A DNA stretch of 64,000 nt from contig JBILMH010000002.1 in NCBI GenBank assembly GCA_044375625.1, positions 5,277 through 69,276 on the forward strand, written 5' to 3'. Origin of the DNA: Alphaproteobacteria bacterium. GTDB lineage: Bacteria > Pseudomonadota > Alphaproteobacteria > CAISOG01. Positions 18,638 to 28,110 of the stretch are shown one piece after another. How positions within the stretch are numbered: the first letter of the stretch is position 1; every line of letters starts with the position of its first letter. The translations under genes were made by a program, and so were the position numbers. Under the pieces are notes generated by a model that saw nothing but the letters and a program-made list of their open reading frames with translations, was not told the origin of the DNA and made no database searches.

Positions 18638-18880
18638 GTGGATGCGGCAACCAGTTTGGCTAAAAAACCGAATTTATACAGTGAAAATGTTAAAAAGATA
18701 TTTTGGGAAGCTTTTAGAAGCGGTGGTTTTTTGGATAGATCTGTAAAGGCGTATGCGCACAATCTTAACGATTCCGCTAAGTTTTTTAATAATTTTCGTG
18801 ATTGTTTAAATAAAGCATTTTCGGGTCAAGGCAACAATCCTCCAATAATCGATACCAGAATGATCGGACGTCATAGATAA
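18638..18880 (+). CDS. ORFan small protein, same frame as 18398..18592 and separated from it by a single TAA. C-terminal part of the same disrupted or read-through gene
   Basis: GTG start. VVDAAT...FWEAF...VKA aligns with the C-terminal third of 37599..38048. DNA gttgtggatgcggcaacc matches gttgtggatgcagccact at 37880. Confidence 0.35.
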   Translation: MDAATSLAKKPNLYSENVKKIFWEAFRSGGFLDRSVKAYAHNLNDSAKFFNNFRDCLNKAFSGQGNNPPIIDTRMIGRHR

Positions 18881-18908
18881 TACGAGACCTTCTTAGATAT
18901 CCCCCACC

Positions 18909-20411
18909 CTATTTCGGATTCGGAAACGCCATTTCCTCGGGCTTGACGGCGGCGTCGAACTGCTCGGCGGTTAGGAGGTTGAGGTCGAGGGCGGCTTGTT
19001 TCAGGCTAAGGTTTTCCTTAAAGGCTTTTTTGACCACGGCGGCGGCGTTGTCATAGCCGATAATCGGGTTAAGGGCTGTGGCCAAAATCAAGGAGTTATG
19101 CAGGTATTCTTGCAGCTGTTCCTTAACAGGATCAATCCCCACCACGCAATTGTCGGCAAAGCTGCGGCAGGCGTCACTGAGCAGTTTGGTTGATTGCAGC
19201 ACGCTGTAGATCATCACGGGCTTAAAGACGTTCAGCTGCAAAAAGCCGCCACTGCCCGCCACCGTCACCGTTACATGATTGCCCATCACTTGGGCACAGA
19301 CCATGGTCATCGCCTCAGCCTGCGTCGGGTTAACCTTACCCGGCATGATGGAGGATCCCGGCTCATTCTCCGGCAAATGCAGTTCCCCCAGGCCGCATCG
19401 GGGGCCCGAAGCCAGCCAGCGGATGTCGTTGGCAATCTTGAACAGCTGGTTGGCCAGCAGGTTTAGGCCGCCCGACAGCGCGACCAGCGCGTCATGACTG
19501 GCCAAGGCCGCAAATTTGTTGGGCGCGCTGGTAAAGGGCAGACCCGTCAGATCCGCCAATTTGGCCGCCACCGCCTCACCAAATCCTGGCTTAGCGTTCA
19601 ACCCCGTGCCCAGGGCTGTGCCCCCCTGCGCCAGCTGATACAATTCGGGCAATACCGCCTGCAACTGCCGCTCCGCCATCTCCAGCTGGGCGACAAAGGC
19701 GGAAAACTCCTGCCCCAGGCTCATCGGCACGGCATCTTGCAGGTGGGTGCGGCCAATTTTGCACAGTTTCATCCAGGCGGCCGATTTATCGGCAAAGGCT
19801 TTTTTCAAATGCGCCACCGCGGGCAACAATTCCTGCACCACCGCCGTCACCGCCGCCACATGCATCGCGGTTGGGAAGCAATCGTTGGAGGATTGGCCAT
19901 AGTTAACATGGTCATTGGGGTGAACGGGCTTTTTTTGACCCAGCGGCGCGCCCAACAGCTCATTGGCGCGGTTGGCCACCACCTCATTCAGATTCATGTT
20001 GGTCTGCGTCCCGCTGCCCGTCTGCCAGACCACCAGGGGGAATTGGTCGTCCAAACGCCCTTCCCCCACCTCACCCGCGGCCTGGGCAATTGCGCCTGCA
20101 ATCTCGGTTGGCAGTGCGCCCATCTGTTGATTCACCAGCGCGCAGGCCTGTTTCACCAGGCCAAAGGCGTGGATGAGGGGCAGTGGCATCCTTTCCCCCC
20201 CAATCACAAAATTGCGGCGGGATCGTTCGGTCTGCGCGCCCCAATAGCAATCGGCGGGAACCTCTACCGCGCCCATGCTGTCGGTTTCGGTGCGGGTAGG
20301 GATGATTGGCTTGGCGTTAAGTTGGGCGTTGGGCTGGGCGTTGCTTAAGGTCACGGCGGGCGACTCCTCAAGTTCGGATGAAAAGGGGGGCAGAAGCCAG
20401 GATATTTTCAC
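18909..20411 (-). CDS. fumC: Fumarate hydratase class II. The true start is probably later than the ORF start, about 40 aa N-terminal excess
   Basis: [13 protein letters not shown] signature, TETDSMG...[11 protein letters not shown]-terminal motif. Confidence 0.9.
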   Translation of the reverse strand: MKISWLLPPFSSELEESPAVTLSNAQPNAQLNAKPIIPTRTETDSMGAVEVPADCYWGAQTERSRRNFVIGGERMPLPLIHAFGLVKQACALVNQQMGALPTEIAGAIAQAAGEVGEGRLDDQFPLVVWQTGSGTQTNMNLNEVVANRANELLGAPLGQKKPVHPNDHVNYGQSSNDCFPTAMHVAAVTAVVQELLPAVAHLKKAFADKSAAWMKLCKIGRTHLQDAVPMSLGQEFSAFVAQLEMAERQLQAVLPELYQLAQGGTALGTGLNAKPGFGEAVAAKLADLTGLPFTSAPNKFAALASHDALVALSGGLNLLANQLFKIANDIRWLASGPRCGLGELHLPENEPGSSIMPGKVNPTQAEAMTMVCAQVMGNHVTVTVAGSGGFLQLNVFKPVMIYSVLQSTKLLSDACRSFADNCVVGIDPVKEQLQEYLHNSLILATALNPIIGYDNAAAVVKKAFKENLSLKQAALDLNLLTAEQFDAAVKPEEMAFPNPK

Positions 20412-20491
20412 GGAACTTGCCGCAGGGCAAGCGGGCAGGATGGATTAAGCCTAAAAGAAAGTGGTGGCAGGCTGTGGCAAGCCAAAACCGC

Positions 20492-21010
20492 TTAGCTAGA
20501 GCTTTCCTCACCCCGTTTTTGCTTGCGGAAGGAATCCAGCGAGATCACCTGCCCCGATTCTGTCGGCGCGGCCTTTTTGGATTTTGCCCCGGCCTTTTTG
20601 GTGGTGGGGGCAACATCCCCCTCCCCGCTTTTGGCATCCTCACGGCTGCGGGCGGCGGCGATGGTGTGAAATTGCAGGCCGAATTTGACCGCAGGGTCAG
20701 CAAAGGCGGTAATGGCGTGATAGGGCACGATCAACCGTTGCTGCACCGAATTAAAGCTTAAGGTCACCTCAAACAAATCCTTCTTAACCTGCAAATCCCA
20801 ATATTGGTGTTGCAGCACGATCGTCATTTCCTCAGGATAATTGCTTTTCAGCGCGTCGGGGATAATCACCCCCTCCTCATCCGTGCGAAAGCTGATGTAA
20901 AAATGGTGATCGTCTTTCAGTCCATGTTCATTGGCGTGTTTCAACGCCTCGTGAACCACCCCACGCAGGGCTTTTTCAACCATCAGATCATAGCGGAGAT
21001 AGGCTGTCAT
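20492..21010 (-). CDS. sspB: ClpXP adaptor SspB (alpha-proteobacterial SspB-alpha type)
   Basis: SspB fold region HFYISFRTDEEGVIIP...VPYHAITAF. C-terminal ClpX-binding tail VISLDSFRKQ resembles the SspB-alpha XB motif. Confidence 0.65.
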   Translation of the reverse strand: MTAYLRYDLMVEKALRGVVHEALKHANEHGLKDDHHFYISFRTDEEGVIIPDALKSNYPEEMTIVLQHQYWDLQVKKDLFEVTLSFNSVQQRLIVPYHAITAFADPAVKFGLQFHTIAAARSREDAKSGEGDVAPTTKKAGAKSKKAAPTESGQVISLDSFRKQKRGEESSS

Positions 21011-21081
21011 AGGCTTTTTTTACATTATGGGTTGGCAGAAAGGATGAAACAAAAAGTTCCTAAAGCTATTTTGACTGTTGG

Positions 21082-22212
21082 GTGGTTAACAGCCTATTAA
21101 CAGCGGTGATGGTTGCAGTTAAGCGGATAGAATCCCAAACGGCAAGGGGGTCAATTGCCCCCTTGAACAGTATGGCGGCGGGTTTTAGATTAACACCATT
21201 CTTTATTGACCGTGAAGCCAGAAAGGCTGCCCCCCCCTTGCCTCCCCTGCCCCCCTTTGCCTCCACTGCTCCCCTGCCATCGCCATCCGCCCTGCCCACG
21301 GTGCGTGGCCGTTATCAATTCGATGTGCCCTTAGCGCCGCTTAGTTGGTTTCGGGTTGGCGGTACGGCGGATGTGGTTTTTAAGCCGGCCGATCCGTTGG
21401 ATTTGGCGCAATTTATGGCGGAAAGACCGCCCGAGCTGCCCATTACCATCTTGGGGGCAACCTCTAACCTGTTAATTCGGGATGGCGGTATTCGCGGGGT
21501 GGTTATCCGTTTGGGGCGCGGCTTTGCCGAAGTGGTGCGCGAAGGACGGGATGAAACGATGATCACCGCGGGCGCGGCCTGCCTGGATCGTACCGTGGCG
21601 CAACAGGCGGCGGAATGGGGGCTGGCGGGCATGGAATTTTTGGTGGGGGTTCCAGGATCCATCGGGGGGGCGTTGCGGATGAACGCGGGCGCCTATGGCC
21701 AGGAATTGGCCTATATCTGTGTCAGCGCCGAAATCTGCGATAATCAAGGCAATTTGATGAGCGTGCCGGGGGAACAGTTGGGGTTTGGCTATCGCCAGTG
21801 CCTGATCAGCCCGCGTGATGTGTTTATTGGCTGTCGGTTGCGTGGTCGGTTGGATGATTCGGCGGCGGTGATGGCCAGGATGCAGGATATTGTTGATCAG
21901 CGCGAACAGACCCAACCGATTCGGGCGCGCACGGGGGGCAGCACCTTTCAAAACCCTACCCCCGAACAATCGCCGTTAAAGGCTTGGCAATTGATTGACC
22001 AGGCGGGATGCCGCGGCCTAACCCTGGGCGGGGCGCAGGTTTCGCCCCTGCATTGCAATTTCCTGCTGAACACGGGCAACGCCACCGCATCCGATTTGGA
22101 ACAGTTGGGGGAATTGGTGCGGCAACGGGTGTTGGAGTCCAGCGGTGTCCATCTGCACTGGGAGATTAAGAGAGTGGGTGAGAATCTGCCCGCAACTTAT
22201 TCTAAAGCATAG
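21082..22212 (+). CDS. murB: UDP-N-acetylenolpyruvoylglucosamine reductase. A Pro-rich N-terminal extension is present; the start may be ATG at 21172
   Basis: FAD-binding region WFRVGGTADVVFKP, GLAGMEFLVGVPGSIGGALRMNAGAYG, C-terminal MurB domain. Confidence 0.85.
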   Translation: MVNSLLTAVMVAVKRIESQTARGSIAPLNSMAAGFRLTPFFIDREARKAAPPLPPLPPFASTAPLPSPSALPTVRGRYQFDVPLAPLSWFRVGGTADVVFKPADPLDLAQFMAERPPELPITILGATSNLLIRDGGIRGVVIRLGRGFAEVVREGRDETMITAGAACLDRTVAQQAAEWGLAGMEFLVGVPGSIGGALRMNAGAYGQELAYICVSAEICDNQGNLMSVPGEQLGFGYRQCLISPRDVFIGCRLRGRLDDSAAVMARMQDIVDQREQTQPIRARTGGSTFQNPTPEQSPLKAWQLIDQAGCRGLTLGGAQVSPLHCNFLLNTGNATASDLEQLGELVRQRVLESSGVHLHWEIKRVGENLPATYSKA

Positions 22213-22271
22213 ATTTATGGTCGCGCTTTTGGGTGATGGTGGCTTGGGGGCGTTAATCAGCTTCTGGCCAG

Positions 22272-23252
22272 CTAAGCGGCCGCCTTACTGTTGCTGCGCC
22301 CAATCTCCTGCCGTCCCATATCCATGAATTTGTTGCGGCGGCGCAGGCGACGATCCTCCCCCGGCAGGCGCAACAGCGGCACCAAATGATCCCACAACCC
22401 ATTGCCCGCCGCCTCAATCGCCGCCGCATGGTCGCGGTGCGCGCCGCCCAGCGGCTCATTAATCACGCTGTCAATGATGCCCAGTTTTTTCAAATCCTGG
22501 GCGGTGATTTTCATCACCTCAGCGGCTTCCTTGGATTGTTCGGCCGTTCCCCACAGAATTGATGCACAACCCTCTGGTGAAATAACCGAATACACCGCAT
22601 GTTCCATCATCAGCACGCTATCGGCGGTGGCCAGGGCGATGGCACCGCCCGATCCCCCCTCACCAATCACAATGCTGATCAACGGCACCCGAATCGACAG
22701 GCAAACATCAACACTGCTGGCAATCGCCTCCGCCTGGCCGCGCGCCTCAGCATCAATGCCTGGAAAAGCGCCAGGGGTATCGACCAGGGTCAAAATGGGC
22801 AGGTTAAAACGATCGGCCATTTTCATCAGCCGTTGCGCCTTGCGATAGCCTTCGGGGCGTGGCATGCCAAAATTGTGCTTAACCCGACTGGCGGTGTCCC
22901 GCCCCCGTTCCTGGCCAATAATCATCACGCTGCGGCCATGAAATCGCCCCATACCGCCGATAATCGCCGCATCCTCACCAAACTGTCGGTCACCAGCCAG
23001 CGGGGTAAAATCCTCAATCAGGCGGTTGATATAGTCCATGCAGCGGGGACGATCGGGGTGGCGGGCAACCTGCACCTTTTGCCAGGGGGTTAGGTTGGCA
23101 TAGGTGGTTTTCAGGGTTTTATCCAGTTTGGCCTGAAGCTTTTCAACCTCGGACGCAATGTCAATTTCAGCCGAGTCGCCCAGGTGGCGCAACTCCTCTA
23201 TTTTGCCTTCCAGCTCGGCCAAAGGCTTTTCAAAATCAAGATAGGTTAGCAT
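22272..23252 (-). CDS. accA: Acetyl-CoA carboxylase carboxyltransferase subunit alpha
   Basis: [23 protein letters not shown]-terminus, [10 protein letters not shown], 326 aa. Confidence 0.9.
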   Translation of the reverse strand: MLTYLDFEKPLAELEGKIEELRHLGDSAEIDIASEVEKLQAKLDKTLKTTYANLTPWQKVQVARHPDRPRCMDYINRLIEDFTPLAGDRQFGEDAAIIGGMGRFHGRSVMIIGQERGRDTASRVKHNFGMPRPEGYRKAQRLMKMADRFNLPILTLVDTPGAFPGIDAEARGQAEAIASSVDVCLSIRVPLISIVIGEGGSGGAIALATADSVLMMEHAVYSVISPEGCASILWGTAEQSKEAAEVMKITAQDLKKLGIIDSVINEPLGGAHRDHAAAIEAAGNGLWDHLVPLLRLPGEDRRLRRRNKFMDMGRQEIGRSNSKAAA

Positions 23253-23312
23253 GGTTTGCTTTTGCGAAAAAAAGAAAGGCTACACGAAAACGGCATGGCA
23301 TGCAAATGCCGA

Positions 23313-24308
23313 CTAACCCGCCTGTTGCATTTGCCGCGCCTTATCCACCACGGTTTGCGCCTGTTTGATGCTGGCGATATCGATCAGACGTCCGTCCAGG
23401 GCGACTGCCCCCCGCCCTTCCCGCGCGGCTTGATCCATCGCCTCAAGAATACGGCGGGCACGTTGGATTTCGGCCTCCGACGGGGCAAAAACCTGGTTGG
23501 CTAAGGGAATTTGGCCAGGGTGAATTGCCCATTTGCCTTCACAGCCCAGGGCGGCTGCCCGTCGCGCCGCGGCCTGATAGCCATCGGCATCGCCGAAATC
23601 GCCAAAGGGACCATCAACAGGGCGCAGGCCATAGGCACGCGCCGCCACCACCAACCGCGACAGGGCATAGTGCCATGGATCGCCCCAATGCACCTCACGG
23701 TTATCGCGTCCATGCGCATCGGTGGTGGCATCGGTCAACACAACATAGTCGGGGTTCACCCCGCCGACATTGGTGGTGCGGGCGCGGGTGCTGGCGGCAT
23801 AGTCGGCCACCCCGAAATGCAGGGATTCGTTGCGTTTGCTGGCGCCCGCAATCTCATTAATATTGCTCATCCCCAGGGCGGTTTCGATAATCAGCTCAAA
23901 GCCAATTTTGCCGTGTGGCAGCCCCCTGGCCTGTTCAATCTGGCTGACCAGCATATCCAGGGCGTATACATCCGCCGCCGTGCCGACCTTTGGAATCATA
24001 ATCAGATCCAGGCGATCCGCCGCCGCCTCCAACACCTCAACCACATCGCGGTACATAAAGGCGGTGTCCAAGCCGTTGATGCGGACGGAAACCGTCTTAC
24101 GCGACCAATCAAAACCGTGCAGGCCTTGGATAACATTGGCGCGTGCCGCCACCTTATCCGCGGGGGCAACCGAATCTTCCAAATCCAAAAAGACGATATC
24201 GGCGGTAGATTGCCAGGCTTTTTCAAACAGCTTTGGTTGGCTGCCGGGCACGGCAAGCTCACTACGATTCAGGCGGGATTTGGCGGGTTCGATGATGGTA
24301 AAGCTCAT
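23313..24308 (-). CDS. HpcH/HpaI aldolase / citrate lyase beta-like family enzyme, most similar to L-malyl-CoA/beta-methylmalyl-CoA lyase
   Basis: VPGSQPKLFEKA...DLEDSVAP...ELIIETALG...GKWAIHPGQI are the conserved blocks of the CitE/malyl-CoA lyase family. ~320 aa. Confidence 0.65.
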   Translation of the reverse strand: MSFTIIEPAKSRLNRSELAVPGSQPKLFEKAWQSTADIVFLDLEDSVAPADKVAARANVIQGLHGFDWSRKTVSVRINGLDTAFMYRDVVEVLEAAADRLDLIMIPKVGTAADVYALDMLVSQIEQARGLPHGKIGFELIIETALGMSNINEIAGASKRNESLHFGVADYAASTRARTTNVGGVNPDYVVLTDATTDAHGRDNREVHWGDPWHYALSRLVVAARAYGLRPVDGPFGDFGDADGYQAAARRAAALGCEGKWAIHPGQIPLANQVFAPSEAEIQRARRILEAMDQAAREGRGAVALDGRLIDIASIKQAQTVVDKARQMQQAG

Positions 24309-24344
24309 GGTGCGATGATCTTTTTGGCTAGAGGGGGGAAAGAT

Positions 24345-25493
24345 TTAGGGCAATTGCGATTTCGATAGGGGGTGCAGCTGTACAGCCTGATGCAAACGAT
24401 GCGTGCTGACATGGGTGTAAATCTGCACGGTTGAGATGCTAGCATGACCCAACAACAGTTGCAAACGACGCAAATCGGCGCCGTGATCCAACAGATGGGT
24501 GGCCAAACTGTGCCGCAACACATGGGGTGACAGGCGGGATGGATCCAACCCCGCGGCCAGGGCGGCCTGTTTCAGCAGGCTGTGCGCCTGTTGGCGGCTG
24601 ATGGTTTGTGCCCCTTGCCCCGCCCGTTTGGCTGGAAAAAGCCAGGGATTGTTGGTCGACTCTATTGTGTTGTTGGGAGCGCTATGAGGGGCGCTATCGG
24701 CCAACAGGCGGTCACGAAAGGGCAAATAGGCCGCCACCACCGCCGCCGCCGTGGGGGTCAGCGGCACCAACCGCTCCTTACGCCCCTTACCGATTACCCG
24801 CAGCATCGGTTGGCTTTCGGGTGATGCCATGGTGGGGGGGGCTAAGGCTGGCATGCTATGGCTAGGGAACGCGCTGATTTGCAGGGCGATGACCTCACTG
24901 ACCCGCAACCCTGTCGCGTACAACAGCTCTAACAACACATGCAATCGGCGTGCATCCCCCTCCTTATCGGTATCTTTGGTAGCGATGACATGGTTGGCCG
25001 CCCAGCTTAACAGCTGATCCACCTCATGCTCACTAAGGAATTTGGGCAAATGCTGCGGCGTTTTGGGGCCCGTTAGCTCGGCGGCGGGTTGATCAACCCT
25101 AAGGCCGTCACGCTGGAGGAAGCCATAGAACTGCCGCATCGCGGATAGGCGGCGTTGCAGGGTGCGATTGCTTAGCGGCGGCTGCTGGCTTGATGAGGGG
25201 ACATCCCCCGCAACCTTACCCCCCATGCGATCCCCTGCCCCACCCTGGACGGCTCCCACCGTCTGCAAATAAGCCTGCAACTGCGTGGTGGTCAGGGCTA
25301 GCAGGGGTTGCTGCTGCGCCTGTGCCCAGTGAGCCAAGTCGACCAGATCGCGCCGATAACTGGCCAGGGTGTTGGCCGCCGCGTTGCGTTCCACCGCCAT
25401 CATATCCAAAAACAAGGCCAACAGGCGGCTATCGCCCTCAGCCAACGGCGGGGCTTTGCTTGGGGAGGTTTTACTTGCTGGGCGCGCCATCAA
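24345..25493 (-). CDS. Tyrosine site-specific recombinase, XerC/XerD family, with three low-complexity insertions
   Basis: C-terminal catalytic region LRHSLATHLLDHGADLRRLQLLLGHASISTVQIYTHV (RHRY residues), N-terminal SAM-like domain. 382 aa versus ~300 typical. Confidence 0.8.
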   Translation of the reverse strand: MMARPASKTSPSKAPPLAEGDSRLLALFLDMMAVERNAAANTLASYRRDLVDLAHWAQAQQQPLLALTTTQLQAYLQTVGAVQGGAGDRMGGKVAGDVPSSSQQPPLSNRTLQRRLSAMRQFYGFLQRDGLRVDQPAAELTGPKTPQHLPKFLSEHEVDQLLSWAANHVIATKDTDKEGDARRLHVLLELLYATGLRVSEVIALQISAFPSHSMPALAPPTMASPESQPMLRVIGKGRKERLVPLTPTAAAVVAAYLPFRDRLLADSAPHSAPNNTIESTNNPWLFPAKRAGQGAQTISRQQAHSLLKQAALAAGLDPSRLSPHVLRHSLATHLLDHGADLRRLQLLLGHASISTVQIYTHVSTHRLHQAVQLHPLSKSQLP

Positions 25494-27213
25494 ACAGGCC
25501 GTCCATCAACCATGCCTCGGCCAGCTGCGCGGTTAGCTCATGTTGGCCAAGTTTAGCCAACCCACTTAGGGCGCTGTGCCATATCGGCAGGGCGTTGGGC
25601 GAACTGTCGGCTACCATCGCCAGGGCATTTGCCAAGGCCTCACCATTGCGCTTTTGCGCCACCGCCGCCTGTAGGCTTAGCCAAGTTGTGGTTGAGACCG
25701 CCTCAGCCTTAGCCTTGGGTGGGGTAATGGCCAGGGCGCTTAGCAGTTGCGCTTGCCAGCTGGGGGCGGATTGTTCGGGGTTCAAGGCAAAGCTGGCCGT
25801 CAGCAATTTGGCCGCCAACGGCTCATTATCAATCTTAATGGTGTTAAAGCCCGCTGGCACGGTCGCGTTCACCGGTTGCGGCCGTTTCCACCCCTCCAGA
25901 GCGCGCAGGGTAAGGGCGTTTAGATGATCGTTGGGCAGATAGGAAAGCCAAGGCGCGGTTGGTTGGTTATGCCTTATGCCATAGGCCACCAGCCAGGGGG
26001 CAATCTCCCCCGTTTCGGCCAGCGCCAACATATTGTCCAGCTTGGGCTGCAACAACAGGTAAACGGGATACCAATGCCCGCCCGATTGCCGCAGCAGATC
26101 GACCGCCGCCCGCGTCAGTGCGCCATCGTTATAGGCATTGGTGGAAGCCGCCAACACCTCCTTAACGCGGGATAAGCGCCCCAGGACGGCGGCGGTGGCG
26201 GGGTCACTGGCGGGCGGCACACTTTCCCCCTCCAGCGCTTTGGTGGCCAGCTGTTGCCATTCCGCCACGCCCAACACCCCCGATTCCACCAAATTTTCCG
26301 CATACATCAGTTTAACATCTGGCGGCAACGTTTTGTTTCGTAACAATTGCAGCTTGGCTAGCACCGACCAATTGCCTGCCACCACGCCCTTAACATCGCT
26401 GAAAATAGCATGCTGCAGCAGCGCCGCATCCAAACCCTTCAGCGTGACCGCCACCTTGGGTGACAGCGGTTGCCCCGTCACCACAGTTTGATACAGGGAC
26501 AGCCGATTGGCCTCAGCCTCCTTAGCTTTGGCCTGCGCCTTGGCATCGGCCTTATCCTTTGGCTGGGCTGTCTGGGCAACAGACTGGCGATCCCCCAATA
26601 CATTCAGGGCAACCTCTGCCGCGGATTGCTCACCCTTAACCCACAGGCAATAGGCGGATAAAAACCCCGCTTCGCCACCTGGAACTTCGGCGTTTAAGGG
26701 GGTTGGTTCCTGACATCCCCCATCATCGCCATTCAACAGACGGGCGGTGCTGCGCGCCAGCCATAACCACTCCGACGACTGTCGATCGCGCGGCCAGCTT
26801 TGCAACAGCCGCAGCGCATCGGCGGGATAGCCCAGGCTTTCCAACCGATCCGTCCGCGACTGTAACAAACGGTATCCCGCCTGCTCATCCGGCAGGGATA
26901 CAGGACTAAGCAGCAGGCGGCGTTGCAACTGCCGTTGTGACCAATCGCCTGGATTGGCGGGCAGCATGGCAAAGGCCGCCTCAATCTGTTCCGGCGTGCT
27001 GTTTTGCCACCATTGCGACCCAAAGCCCCCCTCCTGCGGGGATAACGCGCCCAATTCCCCCACCGAAGCCTGTCCCAGGGGTACAGCCTGTATGCTTTCA
27101 TCCACGGCATAGCTGGGGGATGACATCATGGCGGCAATCGCGAGAATGCCAACAGAAGATCGACCAACCAGCCGAGTTAGCAAGCGGAAACAGGGAAAAG
27201 CAACAACGCGCAT
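25471..27213 (-). CDS. Hypothetical exported protein (580 aa)
   Basis: N-terminal signal-like segment, Ala/Leu-rich helical composition. Start overlaps the small upstream ORF by 3 nt (atga) and the 3' end overlaps the recombinase start by 23 nt. Confidence 0.5.
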   Translation of the reverse strand: MRVVAFPCFRLLTRLVGRSSVGILAIAAMMSSPSYAVDESIQAVPLGQASVGELGALSPQEGGFGSQWWQNSTPEQIEAAFAMLPANPGDWSQRQLQRRLLLSPVSLPDEQAGYRLLQSRTDRLESLGYPADALRLLQSWPRDRQSSEWLWLARSTARLLNGDDGGCQEPTPLNAEVPGGEAGFLSAYCLWVKGEQSAAEVALNVLGDRQSVAQTAQPKDKADAKAQAKAKEAEANRLSLYQTVVTGQPLSPKVAVTLKGLDAALLQHAIFSDVKGVVAGNWSVLAKLQLLRNKTLPPDVKLMYAENLVESGVLGVAEWQQLATKALEGESVPPASDPATAAVLGRLSRVKEVLAASTNAYNDGALTRAAVDLLRQSGGHWYPVYLLLQPKLDNMLALAETGEIAPWLVAYGIRHNQPTAPWLSYLPNDHLNALTLRALEGWKRPQPVNATVPAGFNTIKIDNEPLAAKLLTASFALNPEQSAPSWQAQLLSALAITPPKAKAEAVSTTTWLSLQAAVAQKRNGEALANALAMVADSSPNALPIWHSALSGLAKLGQHELTAQLAEAWLMDGLFDGAPSK

Positions 27214-27214
27214 C

Positions 27215-27430
27215 CTATTCTCCTGCGGCGGCGGGCGTTTTGTTGGGGGAAACGGGTTGCGGCGCGACTGCCCCTTGATTACTGGGTTGCAGATAGGGGG
27301 GCGGCGGGGTGACCGTCACCGGCACCTCAATCTGCGCCACGGGGGGCGGCATTTTGCTGAGGTATATCAGTGTACCAACCAAGCCCAACAGGATTAATAC
27401 AATAGCAAGGGGCCACAGGAATGTTTTCAT
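27215..27430 (-). CDS. Small single-TM protein with Pro-rich tail, apparently co-transcribed with the 580-aa gene
   Basis: MKTFLWPLAIVLILLGLVGTLIYL TM helix then PPPVAQIEVPVTVTPPPP. Confidence 0.4.
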   Translation of the reverse strand: MKTFLWPLAIVLILLGLVGTLIYLSKMPPPVAQIEVPVTVTPPPPYLQPSNQGAVAPQPVSPNKTPAAAGE

Positions 27431-27507
27431 GGTAACCTTTTCGCACGGTTGGTGTTAACATTGCCTATAGTTTTACCTAAGCTATCGACCAGAAACAACG
27501 ATTTTCC

Positions 27508-28110
27508 ATGATGCCATCACCGCCCCCCGCTAAGACTTCCCCAAAGGCCGGTTTTCTTGGCAAATCCGCCCTACCTAAGCCAAGCCGACCGCTGGTGTTA
27601 ATCGGCCTGATGGGGGCTGGCAAAACCAGTATTGGGCGCCAACTGGCCAAACTGCTAAAGATGCCCTTTGTGGACAGCGATATTGCTCTGATTAGCCAGG
27701 CAGGCATCAGTATTGAGGAGATTTTTAGCCGCTATGGTGAGGATACCTTTCGGCAATTTGAGCGCAAGGTGATTGGCCAGCTGTTGGAGGATAAGCGACC
27801 CAAGGTGGTGGCGGTGGGCGGCGGCGCCTTTGTTCAGCCTGAAACCCGCGCCCTGATTCAGGAAAAGGGTATCAGCATTTGGCTGCGCGCTACCATGCCG
27901 CAAGTGATGGAACGGATTCAGGCCAATGCCAACCGCCCGCTGTTGAAACAGGGGGATCCGGCCGAAATTCTGGCCAAGCTGATGGAGGTGCGCTATCCCA
28001 TTTACGCTGAGGCGGCCATCACCGTAGACAGCCTGGACGGTGCCATGTATCTAACCGTTCAGGCGATTGCCAACGCCCTAAACCAATATCTATCGGAACA
28101 GCCGCGATGA
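27508..28110 (+). CDS. aroK: Shikimate kinase
   Basis: Walker A LIGLMGAGKTSIGRQLA, DSD motif. Confidence 0.9.
   Translation: MMPSPPPAKTSPKAGFLGKSALPKPSRPLVLIGLMGAGKTSIGRQLAKLLKMPFVDSDIALISQAGISIEEIFSRYGEDTFRQFERKVIGQLLEDKRPKVVAVGGGAFVQPETRALIQEKGISIWLRATMPQVMERIQANANRPLLKQGDPAEILAKLMEVRYPIYAEAAITVDSLDGAMYLTVQAIANALNQYLSEQPR

Noticed and set aside
23511-24368. 285-aa ORF antisense to the malyl-CoA-lyase-like gene, and other long antisense ORFs (2235..3002, 17077..17982, 19494..20348, 25190..25927, 42735..43229)
   Set aside because: High-GC genomes produce long stop-free antisense frames. Their products are Gly/Arg/Pro-rich with no motifs, and the opposite strand carries well-supported genes.
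24345-25493. Tyrosine recombinase as a possible phage or ICE integrase marking a mobile element
   Set aside because: The C-terminal catalytic region matches the XerC/XerD family, and the neighbours are housekeeping genes with no phage or conjugation genes. Interpreted as the chromosomal dimer resolvase.
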